IMG/VR virus record: IMGVR_UViG_3300025375_000016
Coordinates: 1-28,337 of that record
DNA: 28,337 nucleotides
Source: a virus
Taxonomy: Duplodnaviria > Caudoviricetes
Direction: 5' to 3' (one strand)
Shown: positions 1-9,219 of the stretch, in pieces
Layout of the letters: each line of letters starts with the position of its first letter
How positions within the stretch are numbered: position 1 is the first letter of the stretch
Translations under genes and position numbers: made by a program
The notes under the pieces: model-generated
Told to the model about the DNA's origin: nothing
The model's database searches: none
What the model saw: only the letters and a program-made list of their open reading frames with translations

Positions 1-42
1 ATACATGGTAAGATACTACTAATCTTCAATAGGTTATACTTT

Positions 43-345
43 ATGGAAGTATTAGTGACTAAACCAGATACTTCTACACAACAAGTACCTGTAATAGAAG
101 TAGAAGATACTGATCTGGCTAAGATAACTGACTTAGTGCTTCATACTAATTTATCACCTCAAGAACCACCAAAAGAGAAATCTATACCTATAGCTAACAT
201 TGATGATGTTGTCAAGTTTGGTAAATATAAATCAGAAAATATCACATGGAGACAACTACTCAAAGAAAATTGGGATTATGTTAACTGGGTATATTGTAAT
301 GTAACTTTTATTAAACTATCAGATGAAATAAGATCACAACTATGA
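43..345 (+). CDS. Hypothetical protein with C-terminal FGKYK motif (DUF3820/ExoX C-terminal-like small domain)
   Basis: ORF track; 'VKFGKYK...TW..L....DY..W' resembles that small domain family (recognised by eye). Confidence 0.6.
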   Translation: MEVLVTKPDTSTQQVPVIEVEDTDLAKITDLVLHTNLSPQEPPKEKSIPIANIDDVVKFGKYKSENITWRQLLKENWDYVNWVYCNVTFIKLSDEIRSQL

Positions 346-380
346 ATATTCACATCACTTATTAAACAATATTATATGAT

Positions 381-638
381 ATGATGACATTCAAAGAACT
401 GTTTGAGTACAGAGACATGGAGGATGAATACTGGAATGATCGTAGAAGTTTGTGTTATCGTCATAATGCACCCATACGATATTTAATAAATTATAACCAT
501 CGTTCTACATTTGATAGATTTTATTTAGTAAGAGTGGTTGATATACCTCCAAGACCTAAAAAATCTGACAACTGTCTAACACCACTAGAAGAAATGTTTA
601 CCTATTGGTTAGGTGCTTGGTTTTATTCACGTTATTAA
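381..638 (+). CDS. Hypothetical phage protein
   Basis: 85-aa ORF in a co-oriented array; no motif recognised. Confidence 0.55.
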   Translation: MMTFKELFEYRDMEDEYWNDRRSLCYRHNAPIRYLINYNHRSTFDRFYLVRVVDIPPRPKKSDNCLTPLEEMFTYWLGAWFYSRY

Positions 639-647
639 TCAACAACA

Positions 648-998
648 ATGAAAGAAGTATTAGTAAGTCTAGAAGTAGCTAGATTAGCTGCTAAAAAAGG
701 ATTTGATGAAGAATGTCTTTATTACTATTACGAAAGCGATATTACAAAATGTAATGTTTATTTACGTAATACCGATCTTGCTATAGGTGATATATCAGCT
801 CCAACACAGAGCTTTCTACAAAAGTGGTTGAGAGAAGCTGCAAGTACAGAGATATTCGTACTGCCATTTTGTGATGATGGTTATTCTGTCGATGTTTATA
901 TAGGAGACTATGAAGATACTCCTGACAATATCAGTTATAATACCTACGAAGAAGCTCTTGAAAATGGTTTGAAGATAGCATTAGAGAGTTTGAAATAA
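648..998 (+). CDS. Conserved hypothetical phage protein
   Basis: 'VSLEVA.LA..KGF.E.C...APTQS.LQKWLRE...TYEEALE.GL' resembles a family I recall from Bacteroidota phages; A-rich leader. Confidence 0.75.
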   Translation: MKEVLVSLEVARLAAKKGFDEECLYYYYESDITKCNVYLRNTDLAIGDISAPTQSFLQKWLREAASTEIFVLPFCDDGYSVDVYIGDYEDTPDNISYNTYEEALENGLKIALESLK

Positions 999-1109
999 GA
1001 TCACCGCTTATACATTTCTCTTTTGGTGGTAGTTAAAGTTTATTACAGCACCTGTTCTTTCCAAGTAATTAAGTAAGAAGTATTATTAATTCGTAAATAA
1101 GTAATTATT

Positions 1110-1388
1110 ATGTTTGCTACAATCAAAACTCCCAATAAAGACATTCACAAATCTAACACAACAATTGGTGAAATTGTCGAAGTATTAAAGGTCATTGACA
1201 ATCTTGATGGTGTAACTGTGCAGTTCAAAGAAGTAGAAATAAAAGCTTCCTACCTGTTTAAAGCATACACCAAGTTCAGAATCAACTGGAATGATAATCT
1301 TTCAATAAAGAAGAATATACAAATATACTTCGCACTATCCATCTTGAGTGGTAATGTAAGAAAAAAACAACAACTTGTAGCAGCATAA
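1110..1388 (+). CDS. Hypothetical protein
   Basis: 92-aa ORF, AT-rich leader, same orientation as neighbours. Confidence 0.6.
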   Translation: MFATIKTPNKDIHKSNTTIGEIVEVLKVIDNLDGVTVQFKEVEIKASYLFKAYTKFRINWNDNLSIKKNIQIYFALSILSGNVRKKQQLVAA

Positions 1389-1398
1389 CAATCCTTCT

Positions 1399-1481
1399 GT
1401 ACTGTTGTATAGCAGACTTCTTTCTTTAGCAGAATAATCAAAACTGCATATGATAACACCATATAACAACAGTACTTTTTT
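1399..1481 (+). terminator. Structured intergenic RNA element ending in a U-tract (terminator/attenuator candidate)
   Basis: GTACTGTTGT (1399-1408) is the reverse complement of ACAACAGTAC (1466-1475); T6 follows at 1476-1481; short internal hairpins. Confidence 0.45.
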
Positions 1482-1506
1482 AACCAACCAATAAATAAAC
1501 AAATTT

Positions 1507-1728
1507 ATGTTAAACCAGATGGTAACAGAACTAAACGCAACAAAAGCTTATGCTTACGACTGTCTTATTCAGCAGAAGCAGTGGGGAGAAAACCTACAAA
1601 ACGCTGAAAACAGGATCGTTAAGTTATCCCAAGAAGTAAATCGTATAAATAAAGAATCGCAAGAGCATCCGGTACTGATTGATGTTAACAAAGTAGGTTC
1701 TGAAGCAGAAGACGATATTCAACCATGA
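1507..1728 (+). CDS. Hypothetical coiled-coil protein
   Basis: 73-aa ORF, A-rich leader, heptad-like central region. Confidence 0.65.
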   Translation: MLNQMVTELNATKAYAYDCLIQQKQWGENLQNAENRIVKLSQEVNRINKESQEHPVLIDVNKVGSEAEDDIQP

Positions 1729-1880
1729 TAAATATGCAGTCGCAAACATTACCAGAAATGGAATGGGTTACAGTAGCTCAGAGTGACCCTAAATTTTATC
1801 TTAGAGTAGTCGTAAGAAGAAAGAGTATTAGAAGACGTACCAAAATCAGAAAACTATTAAGAGGAGGGAAATACAAATGA
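1725..1880 (+). CDS. Small basic protein, 51 aa (not in ORF track)
   Basis: MINMQSQTLPEMEW...VRRKSIRRRTKIRKLLRGGKYK; ATGA overlaps with both the upstream stop (1726-1728) and the downstream start (1877). Confidence 0.65.
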   Translation: MINMQSQTLPEMEWVTVAQSDPKFYLRVVVRRKSIRRRTKIRKLLRGGKYK

Positions 1881-2209
1881 GTCCGTTAAGAGGTATACAG
1901 ATAAAAGTAACAAAGCAGACGTATTTCAGAGAAGTTGAATACAAGTTGATTAAGGAGCACGGATGTCACTGGCCTAACAGTACAACAACTATAAGATTTG
2001 AGAAAGGTGATATGACTTATCCTACATATCTACTTGTTTCACCCTTAGGTATTTTGTCAATATCCAACGAAGCACGTCCCGAAACACCTTTCTATGAGCT
2101 TGAGCTTGTTAAGTCACCTGAAAGAGTTGTTATTGGTGATAAAACATACAGTGCTGAATTCTTGAGCAGTCTCATTAGCCAGCATGAAGGTAAGCTATCT
2201 TTAGCATAA
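1877..2209 (+). CDS. Hypothetical protein
   Basis: 110-aa ORF preceded by AGGAGG at 1862-1867. Confidence 0.75.
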   Translation: MSPLRGIQIKVTKQTYFREVEYKLIKEHGCHWPNSTTTIRFEKGDMTYPTYLLVSPLGILSISNEARPETPFYELELVKSPERVVIGDKTYSAEFLSSLISQHEGKLSLA

Positions 2210-2215
2210 CCTCTT

Positions 2216-2264
2216 TACTCTCACACTATGTTCAGATGACCTATAGTGTGAGAGTATAATTTTT
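2216..2264 (+). terminator. Rho-independent terminator-like hairpin
   Basis: 14-bp perfect inverted repeat TACTCTCACACTAT (2216-2229)/ATAGTGTGAGAGTA (2243-2256), followed by TAATTTTT, just after the stop at 2209. Confidence 0.65.
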
Positions 2265-2278
2265 AAATAAATAAACAA

Positions 2279-2416
2279 ATGACAACAACATGGCCTATAC
2301 CAGATGAATTACGAAAACTTTTTAAAAGAGCTTTATGGTTTGTTATCATTCCTACAGTATTCTTAGTAGTGTGGATCATCAACAGCCTGATGAATCCGTC
2401 GATTTATACTCAGTAG
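2279..2416 (+). CDS. Small single-pass membrane protein, 45 aa (not in ORF track)
   Basis: MTTTWPIPDELRKLFKRALWFVIIPTVFLVVWIINSLMNPSIYTQ; A-rich leader AAATAAATAAACAA; basic residues followed by a hydrophobic helix. Confidence 0.6.
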   Translation: MTTTWPIPDELRKLFKRALWFVIIPTVFLVVWIINSLMNPSIYTQ

Positions 2417-2589
2417 TTAATTATTTTATCGAATACTATTTACCAGATGGAACCCCTGGTTTCAAAACTTTTCGATCAATTTTTAAACTCTTACAAGAAG
2501 AGGTAGCAAAACTCTTAGCAGAACAATACATTGACATCATAGTGTCAAATGATGAGGAGATGGTTTATCTTAACTCTCAGTGGTTATAG
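2335..2589 (+). CDS. Hypothetical protein (true start uncertain; 5' part overlaps the 2279-2416 ORF)
   Basis: ORF track; the C-terminal ~55 aa look protein-like. Confidence 0.35.
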   Translation: MVCYHSYSILSSVDHQQPDESVDLYSVVNYFIEYYLPDGTPGFKTFRSIFKLLQEEVAKLLAEQYIDIIVSNDEEMVYLNSQWL

Positions 2590-2623
2590 TTTCCCTAACA
2601 ATTAGTAAAAAAGATGAGTAGTA

Positions 2624-3067
2624 ATGGAAGACAAATACTTCATATCAATCGCAGATAAGATTTTTGAAACAAGAAAGACAGTCAATAGTATCGGTTTCTT
2701 ATATAATGGAGATGTGAAGTGTTGTACAAAACATTATAGTAGAAGATTTAAAGCACCTATCTTTATACATAGGGACAATCCTACACATGTATTATGGCAC
2801 AATAAACCATCCAAGTTTGAGCATATATATGTGGAAGAAGAAGTAGAGTTTGATATTATACCAAGTAAAATCCCTGAGTACAACCAACTAATCAAAAATC
2901 TAACAATGGGTAAGACGTTTAAGGATAAGAGGAACTATAATCCTGAAGAAAAAGTAGACATTAAGAAGAAAAAGAAAGAAATAATCAAAAATCGAAAAGT
3001 AAAAGCTATAGCAAATAACAAACCTAAACTAAACAAACAAAACGATGAGTCTGAAAGAGATGTTTAA
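2624..3067 (+). CDS. Hypothetical protein; possibly two fused genes with an internal start at 2906 (MGKTFKDKR..., Lys-rich)
   Basis: ORF track; in-frame ATG at 2906 preceded by an A-rich leader-like stretch; abrupt composition change. Confidence 0.65.
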   Translation: MEDKYFISIADKIFETRKTVNSIGFLYNGDVKCCTKHYSRRFKAPIFIHRDNPTHVLWHNKPSKFEHIYVEEEVEFDIIPSKIPEYNQLIKNLTMGKTFKDKRNYNPEEKVDIKKKKKEIIKNRKVKAIANNKPKLNKQNDESERDV

Positions 3068-3254
3068 GAACTGGGGATGTGATCATATCTACAAAGCAGT
3101 AAGTAAAGAACGTCTAAACATTAGCGTTCCTAGTGCTTACTATGATATTGATGTGCCACTTTATGCAATAAAGTTTGAATGTATTCATTGCAAAAAAACA
3201 ACCTATAAACGTATTGGTTTAGCAGAACCGGTACTTGAAGGAGTATCTGCATGA
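3045..3254 (+). CDS. Small putative Zn-ribbon protein
   Basis: C-D-H...C-I-H-C ligand pattern; ATGA overlap with next gene. Confidence 0.65.
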   Translation: MSLKEMFKNWGCDHIYKAVSKERLNISVPSAYYDIDVPLYAIKFECIHCKKTTYKRIGLAEPVLEGVSA

Positions 3255-3640
3255 AACAGTTAATTTGGATATCGTTACTATTTATTGTATTATTACTACC
3301 TTCAGTTGCTAAAGGTAGTAATAATACATACTTAGGTAACAAAAATAATATCAGCATGTATCTTGTTAATGATCGAATACATGTTGATAAAAGTCATATC
3401 TACTTTCATTTGATAGCTGTAGTTAAAGATACCACCATGATGTACGCTACCATTAACGTTAATAGACATAATGGTTTGGTGAACTCTTCAGCTCAATTAA
3501 TCAACATGAATAGTAGAAGTCTAATCAGTACAAGAAATGATTACCTAGTTGATTACATCCTTACTTCAAACGAGATACCGATAGACTATGGTATCTTTCA
3601 GTCTCTAAAATTAATTCACAAAAAGCATCCATCATGGTAA
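3251..3640 (+). CDS. Predicted exported protein
   Basis: N-terminal signal-like MKQLIWISLLFIVLLLPSVAKG; AAGGAG at 3238-3243. Confidence 0.7.
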   Translation: MKQLIWISLLFIVLLLPSVAKGSNNTYLGNKNNISMYLVNDRIHVDKSHIYFHLIAVVKDTTMMYATINVNRHNGLVNSSAQLINMNSRSLISTRNDYLVDYILTSNEIPIDYGIFQSLKLIHKKHPSW

Positions 3641-4038
3641 GTAAATACAAAGTTTACGGAGTAACTGTAGTTGACTTCTCTAAAGAAAAGACTTTTGGTG
3701 AAGTTGAACCTGTGTTCGTAGTAGCAGAAAAAATACACGATGTTGTAAAATTAGAGATGAAAGACAGACTCATTATAAACATTGTTCTTGTTCTGGGTAC
3801 TCTCGAAGATGGTCAGTTACTTCTTGATATGAATGTTATCGTGAATCAGAAAGATGTTGATGAGAAGAAACCTCTGAAAGCATACTTTACGAATGAGGAT
3901 TCAGGTAACATCTTTATTAGCGAAAAACCACCAGTATATCCAGAAGGTACTTATGATATTATTCTGGAGAAAGAAGTGGCTTTATTTATACCAGCAGAAG
4001 AAGTCTGTGAGTATAGTAACGAAACAAAGGCTGAATGA
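3634..4038 (+). CDS. Hypothetical protein
   Basis: 134-aa ORF overlapping both neighbours. Confidence 0.7.
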   Translation: MVSKYKVYGVTVVDFSKEKTFGEVEPVFVVAEKIHDVVKLEMKDRLIINIVLVLGTLEDGQLLLDMNVIVNQKDVDEKKPLKAYFTNEDSGNIFISEKPPVYPEGTYDIILEKEVALFIPAEEVCEYSNETKAE

Positions 4039-4367
4039 GGTGGCTTCTGTTGTTACTAAGTCTATTCCCTATTGAAGCACGGGCAGAGATAGGGATAGCT
4101 TCTTATTATGGTTCTAAATTTCAAGGTAAGATAACAGCAAGTGGTACATTATTCAACAAGAATAAGTTAACAGCGGCTCATAAACACCTTAAGTTTGGAA
4201 CAATAGTACGAGTGATAAATCTTAGTAATGATAAAGAAGTGTTGGTAACGATTTCAGATAGAGGACCATATACAAGAGGGAGAATAATTGATTTGTCTGA
4301 GGCAGCAGCTAAAAAAATAGGTATTTTTGGTAACAGTAAAGTTAAATTAATAGTGCAAAACAAATGA
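4035..4367 (+). CDS. rlpA: RlpA-family (double-psi beta-barrel) lytic transglycosylase with signal peptide
   Basis: ASYYG..F.G..TASG..F....LTAAH..L.FGT.VRV.NL.N...V.V.I.DRGPY..GRIIDLS..AA; signal peptide ending ARA; no lipobox Cys, no SPOR domain. Confidence 0.92.
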   Translation: MRWLLLLLSLFPIEARAEIGIASYYGSKFQGKITASGTLFNKNKLTAAHKHLKFGTIVRVINLSNDKEVLVTISDRGPYTRGRIIDLSEAAAKKIGIFGNSKVKLIVQNK

Positions 4368-5737
4368 GTATAGATATCAATAAACTGTTAGAGAACACAA
4401 AAGTGGTATTAAGTGATAAGCAGATAGATGAGATAGTTAATAGAGCTGAAAATGGTTTTAAAGCTGTAGTATTAACTTCACATCAAGAAGAAATAAAGAA
4501 CAAAGTTTTAGAAGCTTTACTTGATGAAGAGACCACCAATAAGAAAATAGTACTAAGCGGAAGTGCTGGTACAGGTAAAACAACTTGTGTCAATGCCATT
4601 ATTGAAGAATATATGATTAAGAAGCGTGACAGATATAAGACTATGTGTTATGTGTTAGCTCCTACAAATAAGGCTGTTAATGTTCTGATCGAAAAGAATA
4701 AACCTGAGTTCTGGAAAGAATTTGCAACAGTACATAGAGCATTGAATCTTAAACGTCATATTAATAACGAAACAGGCGTAGTAAGTTACAAACCTGATAA
4801 GTGGATGAAGAATAGACCTTTTGAGAGTACAGCTCTTGTTGTCATTGATGAATCTTCTATGCTTAGTAAAGAAATGATTGGTTATCTTAATGAATATGAT
4901 ATTCCTATGATCTTTCTTGGTGATTTTCGCCAGCTACCGCCTGTAGGGGAAGCCGAATCATCAGTATTTACTCTTTTTGATGCTATAAAATTTGAACTTA
5001 CAGAAATTGTCAGACAGGCTCAAGGTAATCCGATCATAGAATTATCTCAAAACCTACCGTTGATAAGTCTCGAAGAAGACAATATTAATGATGTAGGCGG
5101 TTATCGGTTCACGAAGAATTTAAACAAGTGTGTGCAGCTTCTATTGGACAATATTGGAGATTCAAAATATTTGGCTTGGACAAACGCTAATGTTGATGAA
5201 GTAAATTCATTGGTAAGGCTTGTCAGATATGGTGAACATGCTGCAATGATTGAAATGGGTGAAACTCTTGTAATGACTGAACCTTTTACTAATAAAGATA
5301 CTTATTATACATCTGAAGAAATTGATGTTAAAACATTGGTCATTAAAGAACATAATATAAGTATAACTTGTACAGGTAAACAAAGAACTAAAGATTGTAA
5401 CTCTGTAATAGGTAGTATTAAATATTATCTTCTTAATAATGACATCATGGTTGTACATGAAGATTCCAAAGGTGCTTATGGTATCATGCTGAAGAAGCTT
5501 AAATCTTATATTGATGCTGGTATAGCAAATTGGAAAGATTTTTATGCATTTAAAGAAAAATTTGCACGTGTAGCATACTCATATGCATTAACGGTACATA
5601 AAAGTCAAGGCAGTACGTATAAGAAGGTTGTAATTAATGTTCGAGATTTGAATAAAAACAAAACAATAGATGAAAGAAACAAATTATGGTATACAGCAAT
5701 AACAAGAGCTAGCAGTGATATAATTCTACTAACATGA
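4364..5737 (+). CDS. SF1B Dda/RecD-like DNA helicase
   Basis: GSAGTGKT, APTNKA, TVHR, VIDESSM, GDFRQLPPV, EIVRQ, YALTVHKSQGST, YTAITRA. Confidence 0.93.
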   Translation: MSIDINKLLENTKVVLSDKQIDEIVNRAENGFKAVVLTSHQEEIKNKVLEALLDEETTNKKIVLSGSAGTGKTTCVNAIIEEYMIKKRDRYKTMCYVLAPTNKAVNVLIEKNKPEFWKEFATVHRALNLKRHINNETGVVSYKPDKWMKNRPFESTALVVIDESSMLSKEMIGYLNEYDIPMIFLGDFRQLPPVGEAESSVFTLFDAIKFELTEIVRQAQGNPIIELSQNLPLISLEEDNINDVGGYRFTKNLNKCVQLLLDNIGDSKYLAWTNANVDEVNSLVRLVRYGEHAAMIEMGETLVMTEPFTNKDTYYTSEEIDVKTLVIKEHNISITCTGKQRTKDCNSVIGSIKYYLLNNDIMVVHEDSKGAYGIMLKKLKSYIDAGIANWKDFYAFKEKFARVAYSYALTVHKSQGSTYKKVVINVRDLNKNKTIDERNKLWYTAITRASSDIILLT

Positions 5738-7701
5738 TATATAGTCTTAGTAATTGTGAAGCCTACGATCTTGAAATATACTGGAATTTATTTCTTGCTG
5801 GTTTTCACAACATGGTTACTAATCGTAGAATATGGTTTGAGATCAGTCCTAGAAAAGATGAACGTAAAAAGTTAAACAACTTCTTGTGTTCAAAACCAAC
5901 TATGATAGGTTACAACAACTTTGAGTATGATCATAGAATGTTGTATGAGTTTGTTAAGCTTACAGCAAACCCAGATATCAAAGCTGTTGACCTTGTAAAA
6001 AAGTTAAAGAAGTTATCAAATGAAATAATAGATAGTAAAAGTAGAAGATGGGTTAAAATACTTATTCCTCAGATTGATCTAATGAAGATCAATCATTATG
6101 ACCCCAAATCTGCAAAACATTGTAGCCTAAAAGCATTACAGTTCAGTCTTAGAACCCCTATCATACAAGAGTTACCTTACCATTATGAAAAGGTGCTAAC
6201 AAACGATGAGATAAATGGTGTTATTAAGTACTGGCATAATGATATGGATACTACAGTACATTTCGCAAAAAAGAATAGAGAACCTATCGAAAGAAGGATT
6301 GCACTGATCAAGAAATTAGGTCATGATGTCATGAACTATAACGATGTTAAGATAGGTGAGTTCATCATACTTCAGAGGTTAAGAAACGAATTTGGTACAT
6401 ATGATTTAGGTAAGACTGTAAGGACAGAATTTATCTTTAATGATATAATATTCAAACATATAAAGTTTAGGTCAGAAGAGTTGAATAGATTCTTAGCGTG
6501 GATGCGTAGTCAAATTGTTACAGCCACTAAAGGTGTATTTAGCAACATGACTTTAGATCGTATTGTTGGTATAGAAGACTTGATGATTTTAGAAAGTAGA
6601 AATATTGTAACAAAGAAGATAGCTGGTATAAAAACACCTTTGATGAAGAGTTTGATAGTATGCTACAAAGGAGTAGAGATTACAGTAGGTGTAGGAGGGC
6701 TTCATCAAGCTCTGGAAACAACGATTATTGAAAGTGATACTCAGTTTATCATTAAGAGTGCTGATGTATCCTCGCAATATCCCAACGCTTCAATACAAAA
6801 TGAACTATTCCCTTTACATTTAGGAAAAACTTTTTGTACTGTTTACAAAGACATATATATAGAAAGAGGTACTTATGCTAAAGGTACACCAATGAATCAA
6901 TCATTGAAAGATGCACTTAATGGAGGAGGTTACGGCAAAACGAATAGTAAATTCTCTCCACTATATGATCCTCAATTTATGTTATCAATAACCTTAAACT
7001 GTCAAATGATGGTTCTTGGTTTAGCAGAAGAATTAATAGATAGTATACCAGAATGTAAAGTTGTAATGACAAATACAGATGGTTTAGAAGTTCTTATACC
7101 AAGAGTACATGAAACATTATATCACGATATTTGCAAGAGATGGGAAGAGTCAACAAAATTTAAACTTGAATACATAGATTACCAAAAGATGATTATTAGA
7201 GATGTAAACAATTACATAGCTATCTCTACTAATAACCATATAAAAAGAAAAGGTGCTTATGAGTACGATAGACCTTTACATAAAGATTTATCTATGCTTA
7301 TAGTACCTATAGCAGTAGAACAATATTATCTTAACAATACCCCTATTGAAACTTATATTAAAAAACATACAAACATTTACGACTTCTTCTTAAGAACTAA
7401 TATAGAAAAAAAAGAGTACAAGCTGGTTATTAGATATAACAGTAAAGAGTATACAGATGAGGTTGAATTACAAAGAATAACCAGATATCTTGTTACTAAT
7501 ACAGGAGGTACATTGATTAAACTAATGCCACCATTAAAAGATAATGTTGATATAAGAGAAGCCAACATTCAAAAAGGGTATCTTACTACAATATGTAACG
7601 ACATGACTGTGATTGATGAAGTAACGTTGTGGAAAGATATCAATTATAATTTCTATATAAATGAAGCAAATAAACTACTAATAACTAATGAGCATATATG
7701 A
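5734..7701 (+). CDS. polB: Family B DNA polymerase with 3'-5' exonuclease (crAss-like type)
   Basis: ExoI YDLE, ExoII GYNNFEYD, ExoIII YWHND; motif A DVSSQYP, motif B K..LNGGGYGK, motif C NTDG. Confidence 0.93.
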   Translation: MIYSLSNCEAYDLEIYWNLFLAGFHNMVTNRRIWFEISPRKDERKKLNNFLCSKPTMIGYNNFEYDHRMLYEFVKLTANPDIKAVDLVKKLKKLSNEIIDSKSRRWVKILIPQIDLMKINHYDPKSAKHCSLKALQFSLRTPIIQELPYHYEKVLTNDEINGVIKYWHNDMDTTVHFAKKNREPIERRIALIKKLGHDVMNYNDVKIGEFIILQRLRNEFGTYDLGKTVRTEFIFNDIIFKHIKFRSEELNRFLAWMRSQIVTATKGVFSNMTLDRIVGIEDLMILESRNIVTKKIAGIKTPLMKSLIVCYKGVEITVGVGGLHQALETTIIESDTQFIIKSADVSSQYPNASIQNELFPLHLGKTFCTVYKDIYIERGTYAKGTPMNQSLKDALNGGGYGKTNSKFSPLYDPQFMLSITLNCQMMVLGLAEELIDSIPECKVVMTNTDGLEVLIPRVHETLYHDICKRWEESTKFKLEYIDYQKMIIRDVNNYIAISTNNHIKRKGAYEYDRPLHKDLSMLIVPIAVEQYYLNNTPIETYIKKHTNIYDFFLRTNIEKKEYKLVIRYNSKEYTDEVELQRITRYLVTNTGGTLIKLMPPLKDNVDIREANIQKGYLTTICNDMTVIDEVTLWKDINYNFYINEANKLLITNEHI

Positions 7702-8095
7702 TGAAGCATGTAACTTGAAGGATTATATAAACGATATCCTTCAAAAAGAAAATAATATCATATTTAAAAAAGCTGAAGAAGAGTATATCTTAGAGAACAA
7801 GGAACGTTTGATAGATAAGTTTGAATATTTAAAAAATATGTGTGCTGTAGACTCTGAGATACAAAATATACAAACAGTTTTTGGTAATATTAATAAAAAT
7901 ACAACTTATGCTGAAAAAACTCTAGTTTATAAACTTACTGATATGTTTAACAACGAATGGTATCGTAAAGACAATCCTCTCATAAAAGATATGAAGAACA
8001 AGACAGCTGTAGAAATTGAAGAAATGTTGAGAAACGGTCTCGAACCCCAAGAGATTGTTAAACAGATCACTTGTCCTCAACAAGAAGTAACATAA
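7688..8095 (+). CDS. Hypothetical protein
   Basis: 135-aa ORF coupled to both neighbours. Confidence 0.7.
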   Translation: MSIYDEACNLKDYINDILQKENNIIFKKAEEEYILENKERLIDKFEYLKNMCAVDSEIQNIQTVFGNINKNTTYAEKTLVYKLTDMFNNEWYRKDNPLIKDMKNKTAVEIEEMLRNGLEPQEIVKQITCPQQEVT

Positions 8096-9219
8096 TGGGA
8101 AAGAAAGAAGAAGTACAAGAGATTGTAGCAACTAGACTCATTGACAAACGTGGAGGATTAATTATCTTTCCTACGGGTGTTGGTAAGACAAAAATGGCTA
8201 TTGATACGTTAACCAAACTTGGAACATCATTCAACAGAGCACTTATAATAACATCTTTGGCAAATGGTAGAGATGTTACATGGCCTGAAGAAATCAATAA
8301 ATGGAACAAGAAACTTATAAGTAGAGTTGATATTATATGTTATGATAGTGTGCATAAGTATGTAGACTCTAAACATGATGTTGTAATATATGACGAATGC
8401 CATCATGTAACAGAGAGCATGATGGCATTCTTAACTAAGAAGAGAAATATTGTCATAGCAATGACAGCTACTCTACCAACTAAAAGAGAAAAGTTACATT
8501 TGTTATTAGACGTGTTAAATTTGAAGACTATTGCTAAAATGAGCATTGAGAAAGCTGTAGAACTTGGTCTTATCAGTCCTTTTCATATCACAAGAGTCAA
8601 TATGAAACTTGATGGTATAAAGAAGAACGTTGTAGCGGGCAGTAAAGCTCAACCCTTTACAACAACAGAACTTGCAAACTACGAGTGGTTGACAAAGAAG
8701 GTAGATCAGTATGCACTATCTAATATTTCAAATGCTTCACAGCTTCATAGATTCTCAGTATTAAAACGTATGCACTTTATAAACAGTTTACAGTCAAAGG
8801 TAAACTGTAGTAATAATATCATAAAAAAATTACGTGCTGAAGGAAAAGAAAGAATACTTGTGTTTAGCAAATCTATTAATTCTGCAAGAGCAATTAGCCC
8901 TTACTGTTATCATAGTAAAACATCTAAGAAAGATTTAAACAGGTTTATTGATAAAACAATAAATACCTTATCTGTAGTAGATGCTCTTAATGAGAGTGTC
9001 AACCTTCCTGATATGGACTCAGTTATTGTTAATCAACTTAACTCTTCTGACTTAGTGTTTATTCAACAGTTAGGTAGGCTTATCAGATTTAGATACGACT
9101 TCACAGGTACAGTTTTTGTTTTGGTGGCCTTAAATACAGTTGACGAGAACTGGTTTCACCAAGCAACAAAAGATTTAACTATCAACAAAACAATAAGTTA
9201 TGAAGAGTTCATCAATTAA
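8095..9219 (+). CDS. SF2 DExH helicase (UvsW/ResIII-like)
   Basis: PTGVGKT, DECHH, MTAT, QQLGRLIR; start set at ATG 8095 because of the TAATG overlap (ORF track starts at 8071). Confidence 0.88.
   Translation: MGKKEEVQEIVATRLIDKRGGLIIFPTGVGKTKMAIDTLTKLGTSFNRALIITSLANGRDVTWPEEINKWNKKLISRVDIICYDSVHKYVDSKHDVVIYDECHHVTESMMAFLTKKRNIVIAMTATLPTKREKLHLLLDVLNLKTIAKMSIEKAVELGLISPFHITRVNMKLDGIKKNVVAGSKAQPFTTTELANYEWLTKKVDQYALSNISNASQLHRFSVLKRMHFINSLQSKVNCSNNIIKKLRAEGKERILVFSKSINSARAISPYCYHSKTSKKDLNRFIDKTINTLSVVDALNESVNLPDMDSVIVNQLNSSDLVFIQQLGRLIRFRYDFTGTVFVLVALNTVDENWFHQATKDLTINKTISYEEFIN

Noticed and set aside
1063-1107. Four AAGTA copies in an AT-rich gap (iteron- or CRISPR-like?)
   Set aside because: Too short, irregularly spaced and expected by chance at this AT content; no CRISPR array seen anywhere in the window
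2279-2607. Possible TAG-to-Gln recoding: the 2279 frame runs through five TAGs before a TAA
   Set aside because: All long genes are open without internal TAG or TGA; these TAGs are explained as off-frame NTA-GNN codon pairs of the 2335-2589 ORF; no suppressor tRNA seen
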